Source: Lama glama
Lineage: Eukaryota
Assembly: GCA_028534125.1 (NCBI GenBank)
Contig: CM052816.1
Span: forward strand, 45,324,001-45,388,000
DNA: 64,000 bases
Reading direction: 5' to 3'
The notes below the pieces were generated by a model, which was given only the letters and a program-made list of their open reading frames with translations, was not told the origin of the DNA and ran no database searches. Every line of letters begins with the position of its first letter. Position 1 is the stretch's first letter. The translations under genes and the position numbers were made by a program. This document shows, piece after piece, positions 40,831 through 53,822 of this stretch.

Positions 40831-41435
40831 CTAAGGAAAGAAACAGAACATGAAATGAACAGGCTCTGGTCTAATGGCACAGGACACACACTCACCTGGC
40901 TTAGACATATTACTGACCAAAGGGCCAGGATCTACTCAATAACTATAGTTTTGATTTGATTTTTTTTTAAGTTAGTTCACACATTCATTCTTTCATATAC
41001 CCAAGAAATTCAGGACACCTCAAAAGTCCAGAAACATTGGGAAATACTGAGTTTATTTGTTGTACTTTTTATTTTTCTTAATTTGTTTTGATTTACTCTC
41101 AGTCATAATCATCTGATTGTTCTGCCAATGTGTCTTTGAAGAAATACGCACTGGTATTCAAACCTACTTCCCACATGGACAACTTCATGATGATGATGAT
41201 GAGGTAAAAAGACCTATGTTCCAGACTTCTAAACAACTTTTACTTATTCAGGGCGTATCACATGGTAAGTCCAGACACCGTTTCAGGGAATGGGGATACA
41301 GATGGGACAGCAGCCCCAGTCTCAGTCCCCAGTGGGAGATACAGACAAGTAAACAGAAGCTGACTGCACAGAGAAAAATGTACTGAGATCAGGTAGGTGT
41401 TGTGGCCATTTTTCTCTCTCAATTTATACTCTCCC

Positions 41436-41700
41436 TTTTCATTGATTCACTTGACAAATATTTATTAAATGCTTATTAAATCTCAAAGGCCAGTCTAGGC
41501 ACCGGGGATATAGCAATAACAGAGATGGTAGAGGTATTTACTTTCTTGACTTTCAGTTTCCGAACAAATGGGAAAGAAATCATTAAGGAAAATACTTATA
41601 TTTATATCATACTTTATATCTATTATTTCTTATCCTATTAAGATAAAAATATAAAAGGGACAAGTGTATAGACAGTGAGCGGGATGAAGGGACATATTAG
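41436..41700 (-). mobile_element. L2 3' end
   Basis: ttcattgattcacttgacaaatatttattaaatgcttatt...ctaggcaccggggatatagcaataaac-like motif. Confidence 0.7.
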
Positions 41701-43282
41701 AAGGAACTTTAGGCCTGGAAATGTTATTATTGGCCCCAAATCACACCTAGTGTGTATATAAGCCAAATCTAGTACTTACATATTCTGCCTTCTAGTGTTC
41801 CTTTCTCATAAAAGCACTGATGTTTAATTACCATTTATTACAGAAACATTAATGTCATATCATACATATTTCACACAGTGATACTTATTTACTAGATAAA
41901 TTCCCTTTCTCAATTTTGAGTACAATGAATTATATATGTATATTTTTATATGGCACTGGGATAACTTTGGGCAAGTGACAACAATCCCAGAGCCCGTTTC
42001 TAAATGCGTACAACAAAGTTATTACAAAGATTACAGAAAACATTTACATATAAGGTGCTAAGCACGTAGCTACCACTGGAAAATGTTACCACCTCCCTTA
42101 GATCTCTTAACAGGATGTCAGACAGTGTGAAAGACAAAAGATAAAAAGTTTATGACCAAAAGTAAGTAGTGATACAACGGAAACTCTTCTATGGGAAAAA
42201 CAGCATGCCTAACATTCGTGGGAAGGTTTTCAGATACTGTTTACTGAGGCTTCCAAGTAAGATTCTATCTGGACCAAATTTGCCTTGAGGAATTAGTATT
42301 GATTGGCCTAAACCAGGAAAGAATAAAAATGTTGGGTTACTTGGAGATTTTTGTCTCTGAATTTTATTTCCTGTCAGCACTCCATATCTTTATGTACATC
42401 TGCTTATATCTGTAATTATGAAGCATGTTTTGAGTTGTTGCTTATGTAAATTTGTTCCAACTTCTTTTTTACAAATTATTAGATCCAAGAAGACTTTTTT
42501 TCCTCCTTCCTACCGTTAGTATAGAGACATGACCCAAATAGGTGGGGCTATATCAAGTGTCTGATGCTGGGGTGATCAATACTGCCTTTTTAGAGAATGA
42601 AAATCCATGCAGAGTAAGGATGATTAACTCATTTCCAAAATCAAAGTACTGATTATTTATTTGAAACAGATGTTTGTGTGTATCCACATAACATGGTAAC
42701 TCAGTGGAAGAACCAAGAAGGAGAATACAGGTTGGTAAATGACTTTAAAGTTGATTCGTCATGATAAAAATCTGGGCATTTCCAAAATGTCGACTTGTAC
42801 ACAGACGGACTTTAGTTCCGTCAGTTAGAGTCACTGAGCCTTTCAGCAGCTGTCTGACCTTTACCACAGGCTCAGATAAGACTGAGACAAATGTAACTGC
42901 CTGTTAGATTTATACACGCAGCGCTTCTGCTCCAAAGAGTTCAAGGTACAATATACTCAGTCAAACAAAATGAGCTCCAAATGCCATACGTTTTTGTCAA
43001 TTAAAAAAACAAAACAAAACAAAACTCTTTTCTTCTCAAGAGAATCCAATCACTGAGGTATACTCTGGGGACAGTATTTACCATTATATGACTTTTATTT
43101 TTTTTGCTACAGAATGAAACATTATGTAATGAAACAACATTTAATTATTTTAGCAATACTATATGCCCCAAACCTAAGATTTGTTTTGACTGATTCACTT
43201 CAAGTGTTACTTGAATTTTAAAATATTTTAATGTGTATGTTATTCTGCACAGTAGGTACATTTGGGGATATATGCCTAAGTC

Positions 43283-43700
43283 ATCAGCTCACTCTCTCTG
43301 AACTCTGGCTCCCTACTCCCACTCCCCCAACCCCTGCCAACATACCACAGTGACTCAGGACTCCGCACCTCTGCCCATAGCTGTTGATCTGGAGGAGAAG
43401 CCTGACTGACCCAGGCCGGACCAACCATTTACCATTAAATTCCCTGCAATTTTGTGATAGTCGAAGCTGGTCAAATGACAAAAGATAAACATATAAACTT
43501 TAATGGCGAAGGCAGCCAAAAGTACAGTGAAGAGAGAAAGTGTGTTTGAAGACTAAGCCTTCCATTCTTGCTCACAGTCCCTTGACTTATGGCACTTGGG
43601 TTCAATGAGTTATTCTATATGCTTATTTGAATATTATCCTTTTATAATTTGAATTGCTTAAATGAACTTCACCTAGTTTTTCTTCACTGTTCTAAAAAAA
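43283..43700. mobile_element. Old MaLR LTR (MLT1I/J-like)
   Basis: ctctgcccatagctgttgatctgg...ctgacccaggccggaccaacc motif. Confidence 0.5.
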
Positions 43701-46169
43701 AGCTGAGACATACACTGCTATTTGGAAGCACTTGGGATAAAATCTCCAGTTTTTGCCATTCTTCTGCAGTAAGAAGGCAGTGGAACATGTGACTATATTC
43801 CTTTCCCTGTAATCATGGCTCCTCTTTTGTAATTGAAGGCAAGAGTATTAAGAGATCATTGTTTGCATAATTACTTTTATGTTGACAGATATCTAGCAAA
43901 TGTGATCTGCGTGTCTCAGTATCTATGTATTTGTCCAATATTAGAACCAAAAGAATTACGAAAATTCAGCACAAGTTTAAGGGTGTCACTCTCACCAATA
44001 TGCTTCATACCAACTGACCACGGCTTACCACATTTAACAGATTTTCCACTAAAGACTAAATGTGAACTGAAATTTCAGTATCTAGGTCCCTAGTTTCATT
44101 TCTATCTCTAAGCTTTAAAAATAAGAACCATCTTATGGACCATCTCAAGACATCTTGTTTAGAAATAAGAAAGGTGAGACAGTGAGAGAAAAACATAGCT
44201 TTTCCATATTTGGGTTAGTGATAGAACTTGGAATAGAACACAAGTCCAAAGCACCACATGAAGACTATGGTTAAGATTTATTTCCATAGAAATTCACGCA
44301 GATACTGACAACATTATTATTTGCACGAGGACTTCTTTCTTGTCCTCGTTTTCCCCTACTCATTTTATGTGCCAGTGGAGATGCATATTCCTGGTTCAAG
44401 TACGGATATAAGACGTTCTCTCTCCCTCTTCACTTCTTGCTCACACTAAATGAAAAATTTTAAAGGTTAATCAGAAAAAAATGGCTGAAACATACTTGGG
44501 AGCTGTGTTAGATTAATTTCTGTATACACATTGTAGTACCTAGCAAAATGCTCTGCATGCAACCTCTATTGAGAAATATCAAATGAAAATGTACATAATT
44601 TCAGTATTTAACACTTTTTGTTGAATGTAACAACTATTTCATAATTTGCTTTAGTTATTGAGTTTATTCACTCACATACTACCTTGCAAGAAAGAATTTT
44701 AGAACTGACTGGATTGAACTCCTAATGAAGGGGGTCAAAGTTAACCAGTGGAAACTTAAAAACGTTAAATGCAACAGCTTAAGTGAGGAAGAATGGAACA
44801 AATACTTACTAATTGGGTAATAAATGTAGACTCCACATTAAGCTATACCTCATTTAATCAAGAAAGCTGCTTTTCTAAGTTTTATTATGTGTATGTTTTT
44901 GTTTTGTTTTCTCTTTTACACAGAAGGACACTAGGGATGGGAGAAGTACATTTCCCATAATCAGGAACCGAGGCTGTTAGAATTTAAATTGATTCTGATT
45001 AAGATGCAAACTAACCAACTGAAATACCTAGATATACCTATTCAAATATATAGGAATAAACTACAAGATTGTGTGTCTGTAAGCATATTTACTTACATTC
45101 CTATATGGACATGTCTATTTATCTTTACAGGAACATTTTTAGTGACTACCACTACTACTTTTTAAGTGTCCACGCAGGAAAACTGAAGATATACTTTACT
45201 TGTTGGATTATCACAGGTCATAAATGCAATGCTTTCATATGCTCCATGAGCACATATTTATTACTTTGCTCATAAAATATATACTAATGTAATACATATT
45301 ATTATATTTATAAAATATAAAAGATAAATGCATTTTCTTAATAGGCTGCTTAAGTCCCATAAATTTTCAAAGTATGTGAATAAGATCGGTATCTAGCCTA
45401 TTGTTTAATATTTGGCTATTAGTTGTGTCACCAGAGGCCCTGGAGTGAAACATAGCATCAAGTTTAGTCAGAGATCACGGATGCTATTAATTCTGTCATT
45501 ACCATAAGTTCTTAGTCATTCACTTCAGCAGAGGGTCTAAGAAATGTTACCACTCGCCCTTGCTCCTGTTAGTCTCCCTCTTAGCAATCTTTGCAGGGCT
45601 TTTTGAGGAATAGAGAATTCAGCACTTCCTGAGTATGTCATTTTTATCTTGGTAATTACCAGTCTGTTGTCCTCAATACCTTTGATGTCCCCCCAAATCA
45701 AATCAATGACGAAGGAAAAACACAGCTAATATTAGCACTTCCCTTCCTGTTGCTATGCTCTGGCACCAAGTAGCCTTTCTACCAAAGAATAAATCAGAGG
45801 TACGTTTGCTTCTTCGGAGCCTAATTTTACAGAGAAATTAAGGCACAAGAGAAGAATGCTCAAGTACCATTGTGAAATGATTCCTAATTTTATTCCCATT
45901 TTAAAAATACATTCCTCAAGTAAGCTTTAGTTTCAAAATTAAACATTATATTTTTGAGTAAGCTATGTCCTTTGGCATGAAATGAACAGACTGCAAGGAC
46001 AACTCAAGTTTGGATGTTGATCGTAATTGAAGCAGATTGTTAGACAATTTAATGTGGTGACAGGAAATGATCATAAAACTGGGCCAAATGAATATACAGG
46101 TAAAATGAAGTTTCTATTTACCTATATTATATACTGATATCTCAAATAATTTACTTGTGACTTATTTCC

Positions 46170-46725
46170 TTCACAGATTAACTCATGGTCTGGCAATCCA
46201 CCTGGTAGCATGTTTCACATAGACGTTAACAGCAAAGACGTTAGTTCTAGGAATTTATTCTATGTATATTCTATAAGTAAACAAATGTTCAGAGTGCAAG
46301 GATGTTCCAGGGAACGTTGTTTACAATAGCAAAAATACCTAGAAATATGCAGTATTTCATTAAGAGGAGACTAGAAAAATAAATTATGGAATAGCTATAT
46401 TATAGAATGGAAAAAAAGCAGTTGTATGGGGTAAGTTTATATATATAAACAAAATATATATTTACACTATATATAAATATATATGCATTCACGAACATAC
46501 ACTCATGAACATGTACATACGTGCTTTTTCATCTATTTGTAAATATTTATATATTTGTGGACTATATCTGGAGGCATACACAGGAAACCATTAACAGTTT
46601 ACCTTTGGGGGTAGGGTTGACAGTAGAGCAGAGGGTGGAGAGTATATAAAATAAAGAGAAACGGATGTACTTTCCATTTTACATTTCTCTACAGTGTATG
46701 ACTATGTTTTGTACCATTAGTATAT
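46170..46725 (+). mobile_element. L1ME-like 3'UTR
   Basis: ttctaggaatttattcta...gtgcaaggatgttc...ttgtttacaatagcaaaaa; tctggaggcatacacaggaaaccattaacagtttacctttgggg. Confidence 0.7.
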
Positions 46726-47309
46726 GCCATTTCTAAAATGAAAGCAAATCAAAACAGAAAAAGAGAGAAAAACAGAACAATAACAACTAGGAAAATAGAG
46801 TAAAGCATTACAAGAGTTTAAGTTCTCGGTGTCAATTTTTCTTACAGTGGACATAACCCTGCTGTTTGAAGGAAGTGGGAAGTTGCTTCAGTAATTTCAC
46901 AGAGGGATCCTACATGAAGCACAAACAGAAGATAACTCAATTTCCTTGGCCAAGAAGGGACTTCATGAATTTTATACTTCTAAAAAAATAAGCAAAATAA
47001 TTTGTTACACTGTTTCCATCATGTACAATATGACTTCCCTGTCAAAGAAAGGGGAAGCCTAAAGAAACAGTCAAGGCATTAGCTCTGGAGCTTGCTCTGA
47101 GCCACTTTACTGAGTACTTCAGCTTGCTAAGGCTTTGTAGCTCGTTAGTGCCTGCCTCACACTTTTAGCCCACTCTTTCCATTGTATCTAGCTAATTCTC
47201 TTTTGTAAAAAAAAAAAAAAGATGTAAATCATATTGGAAAAAAGTATTTAACATGTTTCAAAATCTATGAATTATTAGTCTACATATTTACTTAGATAAA
47301 AATGAGGCT

Positions 47310-47470
47310 AAATATATATGGAGTGTGCAGTCTGTACCAGGATCCATTCCAAGCTCTTTCCATGTGTTAATTCATTTTGTCTTTCCACAGTCCTCAAAGA
47401 GAGGTACCATTATCACAAATCTGATCATTCAGGTAAGAAAATCCAGACTTGGAGAAGTTACATAGCATTT
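47310..47470 (-). mobile_element. MIR SINE fragment
   Basis: ctctttccatgtgttaattcattt...gaggtaccattatc...caggtaagaaaatccagacttggagaagtta. Confidence 0.65.
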
Positions 47471-47770
47471 TTACCAACAAAATTGTTCTTTACCTTCTCT
47501 AAAATAGAATCCAATTTCACTATAATGTATTAAAAGTCTGACATAAAAGTAAAATAACTTTTCAAGATAAATTCATTTAAATACATTTATTCTAAGACTG
47601 AATATATAATGCGGACCAAAATAAATGATAATTCTGACATGCTTATTAGCCCAATGATTAAAAGCCAGTGATTAACTTTTTGTCATTATAAGCCATGCAC
47701 ACACATACATATATCAAATTCTTTCCTATACTGCTAAAATTTTTTTAAGTAGAATTATTAAAATGTTAAT

Positions 47771-47820
47771 ATTCTTTCAATTTTTTTCAACTTTGTTCAA
47801 CTTTTTTCAACTTTGTTCAA
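47771..47820. repeat. Tandem repeat of a 10-bp unit (cttt(g/t)ttcaa), about 5 copies
   Basis: attctttcaa tttttttcaa ctttgttcaa cttttttcaa ctttgttcaa. Confidence 0.85.
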
Positions 47821-48179
47821 GATTGGATTAATAGTGGTCTAACCTTCTACATAATGTTTTAAAAATGAATTTCACTTTTTAAAAAAAGACTTTAGCAGAC
47901 TGTATTTTATAAACGGGAAAACACAGGTTAGTAAAGTGACAGCCTCTGACCACAAAGTAACTCATTAGAGGTAACCTACCTAGAATCAGAAGTTATTGAG
48001 TTTTTCCTTTGTGGTCACACCACAAACCATGAAAAATGTGTGGTTTACCATCTGAAACATATTAAACTTCACTGGTACTTTAAATAGTTTGCCTAAACCA
48101 TTAGCCATAGAGAAATCTAATTAGTTTACTAAATATGCATCAGCCACAATCATATTTATTCCAGACTTGAAGAAGAGAT

Positions 48180-49060
48180 ATAGAATACACCAGTCTCTAT
48201 TAAGTTGGGTGAAATTTGATATGCCATCCTGCTAACACCCTCCATCTAAATCTGTCTAAAACATGTTTGAAAGCTGTTTTTTTCCCTGTTTGAATATACT
48301 GCAGTGACTGGATGCTCTCTACTTTTAGAAACAGCTTCATCAACTTTGACATTTTTATTGGCTCTAAAAATCTTAATGCGAATCAAAATTTGCTTCCCTA
48401 ATTTTTGACCCATTTGTTCTGGTTCTTCCCAATATAGTCCATTCTTTCTCTCCTATAGCAGCCCTCCCAGTATTTGCAGGCAGTTATCACATCTTCCTAA
48501 GTTCTTCCCAGGTTAGTTACCTCTAGCTGCCTCCAAGTTTCCTATAGGACTGTCTCCCAACTTCTCATTGGCTGGTTAATGTTCCTGCTAACAGTGGTTA
48601 CAGGGCCCCAAGGCTGTCTGAATACTGTAGATAACAATGTAAACACGGCTCCCTCAGCTGCCTCCATAGTGTTATTAATCTAAGCCAGGTCTGTGTTGTT
48701 TTTGTAGTTACTATAGTTGCTATGTTTTAAGCAATCTGTTAACACATTTGATTGCTATTGAGTTTGAGTTAAATGAACATTTCACGTTGTTTACAATAAC
48801 CTCCATCGGATAATGTCTCTTTCACTCTCATTTTCAATCTGTCACAGTGCAGTTTCTCTATATTCACTCTACTTATACTCCTAACATGGGCAGCTTGCTG
48901 TTTTAGCTATCTTTTCAGCTCTGCATCATCTGCATACCTGTTAAGACAGCTTCCTATGTCTTCATCTAGGTCATTCATCAAAAACTGAATAGGTCAGGGA
49001 CATGGACAAAGACCTTCAGCAAACTGCTATGAACCTCAGTTCAGGCAGATAAATGACATC
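48180..49060 (-). mobile_element. CR1/L3 LINE remnant including the RT active-site motif
   Basis: Minus strand 48978-48911 region translates MNDLDEDIGSCLNRYADDAELKR (CR1 consensus-type INDLDEG...KFADDTKL). Downstream L3 3' motifs cagccctcccagtatttgcaggcagttatca. Confidence 0.82.
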
Positions 49061-49764
49061 ATACACAGGGTGCACATAAAAATCTCAGCTTAGACAGACT
49101 GCTAAAGAGAATTAGAGAATATAGCAAATGCTATCTTAATTTCAGCAAATACTTGTTTTATGTCATATGGTTTAGATTTATTTTCTAATTGTTGGGGGGT
49201 TGGAGAACACCATAAACTTTCCATAAATAGAGCTGCTATAAAAAAGAATTTTGTGAGGTAGGATTATCCCCATATGCAGATTTAGAAACAAACCTAGGAG
49301 AGTCAATAATTTGATTAAAAAGGTTACAAAGATAATGACAGAGCCAGAATTCAAACTCAGATGCAGGCCTCCAACTGTTCCAACTATTTCTGTCAACTGA
49401 ATAGTTCTGTTCTCTGCTCCTATCATACCTGGGAAAATATCCTTTCCTTGAATCTGTATGGTATTTTCTCATAATAGTATCACCTCACTTTCCTCAAATA
49501 TTGCTAGATGGTGGAAATCCCACATAATTCTTATTCAACAAGAACAAAGAATATGCAATAGTCTGAATGCACCTGTGTACGTAAAACAATTGACACACAC
49601 ACTCAGAAACACATATGAAAGTGTTGCTATCACATGAAAGACTGAACAATATCATTATGTAGAAATCGTTTTCAGAGGCAGTATTTTAGTTGCGCTATTT
49701 AACTAGTGACATTAATACTTATGAAGTAGATCCAGCTCTCACATTAGCCTCTTTATCAAGCAGA

Positions 49765-49885
49765 TCAGCACTGGACTACAGAGAGAATTTGGAATTTTAG
49801 TCAGAAAAAGAGAGTTCAGATCTCTCCCCAACACTTACTAGTTCCTTAGGAAAATAGTTAGGACTCTCTAGGTCTCACTCTGTAT
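49765..49885 (+). mobile_element. MIR fragment
   Basis: ggaattttagtcagaaaaagagagttcagatctctccccaacacttactagttccttagg. Confidence 0.6.
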
Positions 49886-49889
49886 TCTC

Positions 49890-50750
49890 TCCCAAAGCAA
49901 TGGTCCCATTTTCCAACTCTAAGTCAGTAATTTTCTAATGTATTTCTGTATTATGGGCCTCCGTTCTGAGATTTAGTTCTGAGTATCCCACTTCTCTCAA
50001 AGTCCCCATTGGAGGGAGATCACAGAACTACACACTCAGCATGTCTTTTTTGTGATTTTTTGGGGGCAGGGGAGGTAATTAGGTTTACTTATTCATTTAT
50101 TTTCGGAGGAGGTACTGAGGATTGAACCCAGGACCTTGTATATGCTAAGCATACGCTCTACCACTTGAGCTATACCCCACCCCCAAGCTCCAGTCACCAT
50201 TATTTCAGTCCAAAGCACCACTATGCACCCATCCACTCATGCCTGAAATCTGGGTAACACCCTTGGTTCCACCTTCTACATTCTTTAGAACCCATCTCTA
50301 CATCCTATAGTTCTACTTAAAAAAAAAAAAACCAATTTTGAGAAGCTGTTCACTCCCTTTGCCTCTTCTGCTACCTCCTTGGTTCACATCACCATGAATT
50401 CTTTTCCCTGAATACAACTACTAAGCTACTTAACTGGCTCCCATGTCAACTCTTTTCTGAGCTCAATTCACCACAAACAGGAAGTTCTTTCTAAAATCTA
50501 AATCTTATGTCACTCTTTGGCTTGAAAATAATTCTATGACTTCCTCAAAAAAAAAACCAAACTATAATCCAGTTAAAAAAGAAGTTAAAATTTCTTACTG
50601 TGCCTAAAAAGCCCACATCACAAGCCTCACTTCCTACTACTCCCTTATTTTCAGTTCCACTAGATTTCTTCTCATTTCCTCAAGTTCACCATGCCTTCTA
50701 ATGTTGTACAGTTGTACAAGGATTTTCTTGCATTGATCTCCTGGGAATGT
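49890..50750 (+). mobile_element. L2 fragment, interrupted by a SINE
   Basis: gcaccactatgcacccatccactcatgcctgaaatctgggtaacacccttg; ctttctaaaatctaaatcttatgtcactct. Confidence 0.75.
50045..50184 (-). mobile_element. tRNA-Ala-derived camelid SINE (Vic-1-like)
   Basis: gaggtaattaggtttac...gaggtactgaggattgaacccaggaccttgtatatgctaagcatacgctctaccacttgagctatacccc. Confidence 0.92.
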
Positions 50751-50771
50751 AGTGATAAATGTATGGAATTA

Positions 50772-51014
<243 letters not shown>

Positions 51015-51529
51015 TCATGTTAACTTCAATCAAAAATATTAAGAAAATAAACTATTTTCTTATAATTTATTAAATCATAGATACTGAATCTATGATTCAA
51101 CGATTCAAAGGGAAAATAAGTTGATTTACTGCCCAAACTGAGATGACTAAGTCATTCTAAAAATGGCAATTCACAGATTTTTATGTTTCTAAGAAATAAT
51201 GAATTATATGAAATTATGCTACATGCTGCTTTGGATCGTCAAGAGGAATTCTCAAAGTAAACCTTGTTTTTATCATGGGTGGACAAAAATCCTATGAAAT
51301 ACATTTATTTAAGTACAAAAGAGAAAATAGAGAGGAAATATCATTCCTTGTTTAAGTCAAAGCTAATAAGAGAGAAAAGAAAGAAGCAAAAGCTCTGACT
51401 TCACCATCATCTGCATCCTATTATCAGGAAGTAACATATATAACAAAACAGACTTAAAGTTAAAAATCCAAACCCTATGGTTACCTTAATTCTTGGGTTT
51501 TCATGTCAACTGCCCTCAAGTCTTCACAA

Positions 51530-51890
51530 CATAATTTTCACAACTGTTCAAACATAACCTTTACAAACAACGAGACCTTTCCTGACCGCTTTATTTAATA
51601 TTACACCCCCTTTTCTTCTTTCTTTCCCACACACATGATCCCCCTCCCTACTTTTCTATTTTTTTAAACAGCACTTACCACTTTCTAACATTCTCTGTAG
51701 TTGTTCATTTATTATGTTTCTTGGTCAAAGTTTGTCTCACCCACTAGAATTTAAGTCCTATGAAGGCAGGATTACTGAATATTTTACCCAGTCACACAGC
51801 CCAAAGTCTGGCCCCCGAAAGTCTGGACCTCCAGTTCCTACTGGAGGTATTCAATACACGCTTGTCGAATAAATGGATAAATAAATGAAG
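51530..51890 (+). mobile_element. L2a 3' end
   Basis: gagacctttcctgacc...cagcacttaccactttctaacat...ccactagaatttaagtcctatgaaggcagg...gaataaatggataaataaatgaa. Confidence 0.85.
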
Positions 51891-52014
51891 CGAAAACTCT
51901 CGTGATTTCTATCATTCTGTAATTTCTCTACGATAAAATGACTACTGTGTCAAATTTTGTACTGAAAGGTGTGCTATAGCCGGCAAGAGAAAGTTTGGAG
52001 CAATAACAGTATAC

Positions 52015-52150
52015 TGTAACCTCTCAAGGCATAAACTCCCTTTCTCTTTAGGATGGAGACCAAGTCTTCTCAACTTAACGTTTTCACAGGTTACCACTCT
52101 GCCTGGAATATAGAAATGTTCAATAAATGATTGTTAAAAGAAAGAATGGT
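52015..52150 (+). mobile_element. L2 3' end fragment
   Basis: tgcctggaatatagaaatgttcaataaatgattgtt. Confidence 0.6.
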
Positions 52151-53584
52151 TAATTCCAGAAAGACAGAGGAGTGTGGTAAGAAAAAAACTAGCTGACATA
52201 ACGTCTCAAAAACTCTCAACTTCTAAAAAGGAAGCACAAATACCTTTAGTGCTGCTACAATTTAAAAAAAAATGAATAATGTACTCAAAACCAAACCAGA
52301 GCAATGGGACAAAGTGTGGTTTTTATTTTTCAAATGGAATATGCCCCTCCTCAATCTTTTTGTCCCTGAAATGTATACATTAAATCTCCCTGAAAAGTTC
52401 TGCCCAACAGTGCTCCCAGGGTGGTATCATTCTGGTGAATGTCAGCGTCTGGGTCAGGCCTTGCATGCTCCCAATATCTCTGTTTTATGGGGTAAGACTC
52501 ACCTTAACCAGTCTCCTCAGCCAATTACAGAACCCAAATGCTAACTATTAAATTTGTAATAATATGTATCTCGTGCCACACTGAAGTAACTCTTCCCTCA
52601 TGGGAATTGTTTACTGAGTACTTTCTGGACCAAGGATAGGAGAAAAAGAATCCTTTTTTTTTTTTTTTAAAGCTATGGACAGTAAACAAGTCAGTTCACC
52701 CTTCTGGGACTAATTCCCTCATCAGTAGTAGGAAGAAGGTGGAAAAGATAAACTCTCAAGTCCCTTTCTATTCCAAAATTCCAGGATTATTTTTTAAATG
52801 AGAAGTATTCTTGACTCAACTTTCTGTTTATTTAGCCCTAGATTTGGAGTATTTATAACACACAATTTAAAAAAAAAGCAGACGCTAGAAATGTATGTCT
52901 CACTATTTCCTAACAATCTGGTACAACTGAGTTTCCTAAAAAAAAAAAGTCAACAAGCTTGCCTTTCCAGAGCACATCACAAATAGCTTTTGTATTAGAG
53001 CTTACTTTAAAAACATGCTTAGATTTTCCTAGATTTTAGCTTCCTAACTTCTTAATTGTAACATGTTGTAAATTTAACCTTCCTAAATTCCACAAATATT
53101 CATTGAATACCTTCTCCAAAACACTACCATTGAACATGAACACACTGCTACAATAGGGACAAGGTAAGAATATTTGGAGAATCAGCAATTACAGGTCACC
53201 GGGCCTACCTAAAATTAAATTAAGTTGAATTAAAATACAAATTAAATGATTAAAGTAAAATAAAATCTACTAGCATATTTAGCTCACATATCTTTAGGGG
53301 CAACCTAAGAAAAGATGACGTTTTACCATTGCTTTTTTTTACTCAAACACATCAGGATGAACAGGAAAAAGGTTATTTTCACAGTCAGTTCTCTGGATAC
53401 ACTAAGTTGAAGACCATAAGAGGAATCAAGGAATTTTTCAATGGTTCTCAGTCAGTCATGTATTGATTCATTTAGTAATTAAGTGCTGGAGTATCTACTA
53501 TCTGCAAAGCATTGTGTCATCTATTTAAGAATACGATGGCAGAAAACTGTGTACCAGCAAAGTGCTACACATTTTCTCTCTGTG

Positions 53585-53619
<35 letters not shown>

Positions 53620-53643
53620 CGCGTGTGTGTGTGTGTGTGTGCA
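53585..53643. repeat. Compound (GT)n(GC)6(GT)n microsatellite
   Basis: Directly visible uninterrupted purine-pyrimidine alternation. Confidence 0.97.
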
Positions 53644-53664
53644 AGCCACATATTAATGATGTGA

Positions 53665-53822
53665 AGTCTTTATTGTTTTTATCCCAATTTCATAAATTAT
53701 AAATGAGGATCTGATAGGGGAACTAACTGGTTTAAGAGTATTGAACAAGTTTTAAAGTGGGATTCAAATCCTGGTGTTTCGACTTATAAGGTCTGCATTC
53801 TTTCTAGAACACCACACTGCTG
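53665..53822 (-). mobile_element. MIR SINE
   Basis: tatcccaattt...gggattcaaatcctggtgtttcgact...ctttctagaacaccacactgc. Confidence 0.7.

Noticed and set aside
40642..40959. 105-aa plus-strand ORF
   Set aside because: Antisense shadow of the ADGRV1 179-nt exon, with no independent gene features.
47771..47820. Periodic repeat as a possible CRISPR-like array
   Set aside because: Simple 10-bp tandem units with no spacers, in a eukaryotic intron.
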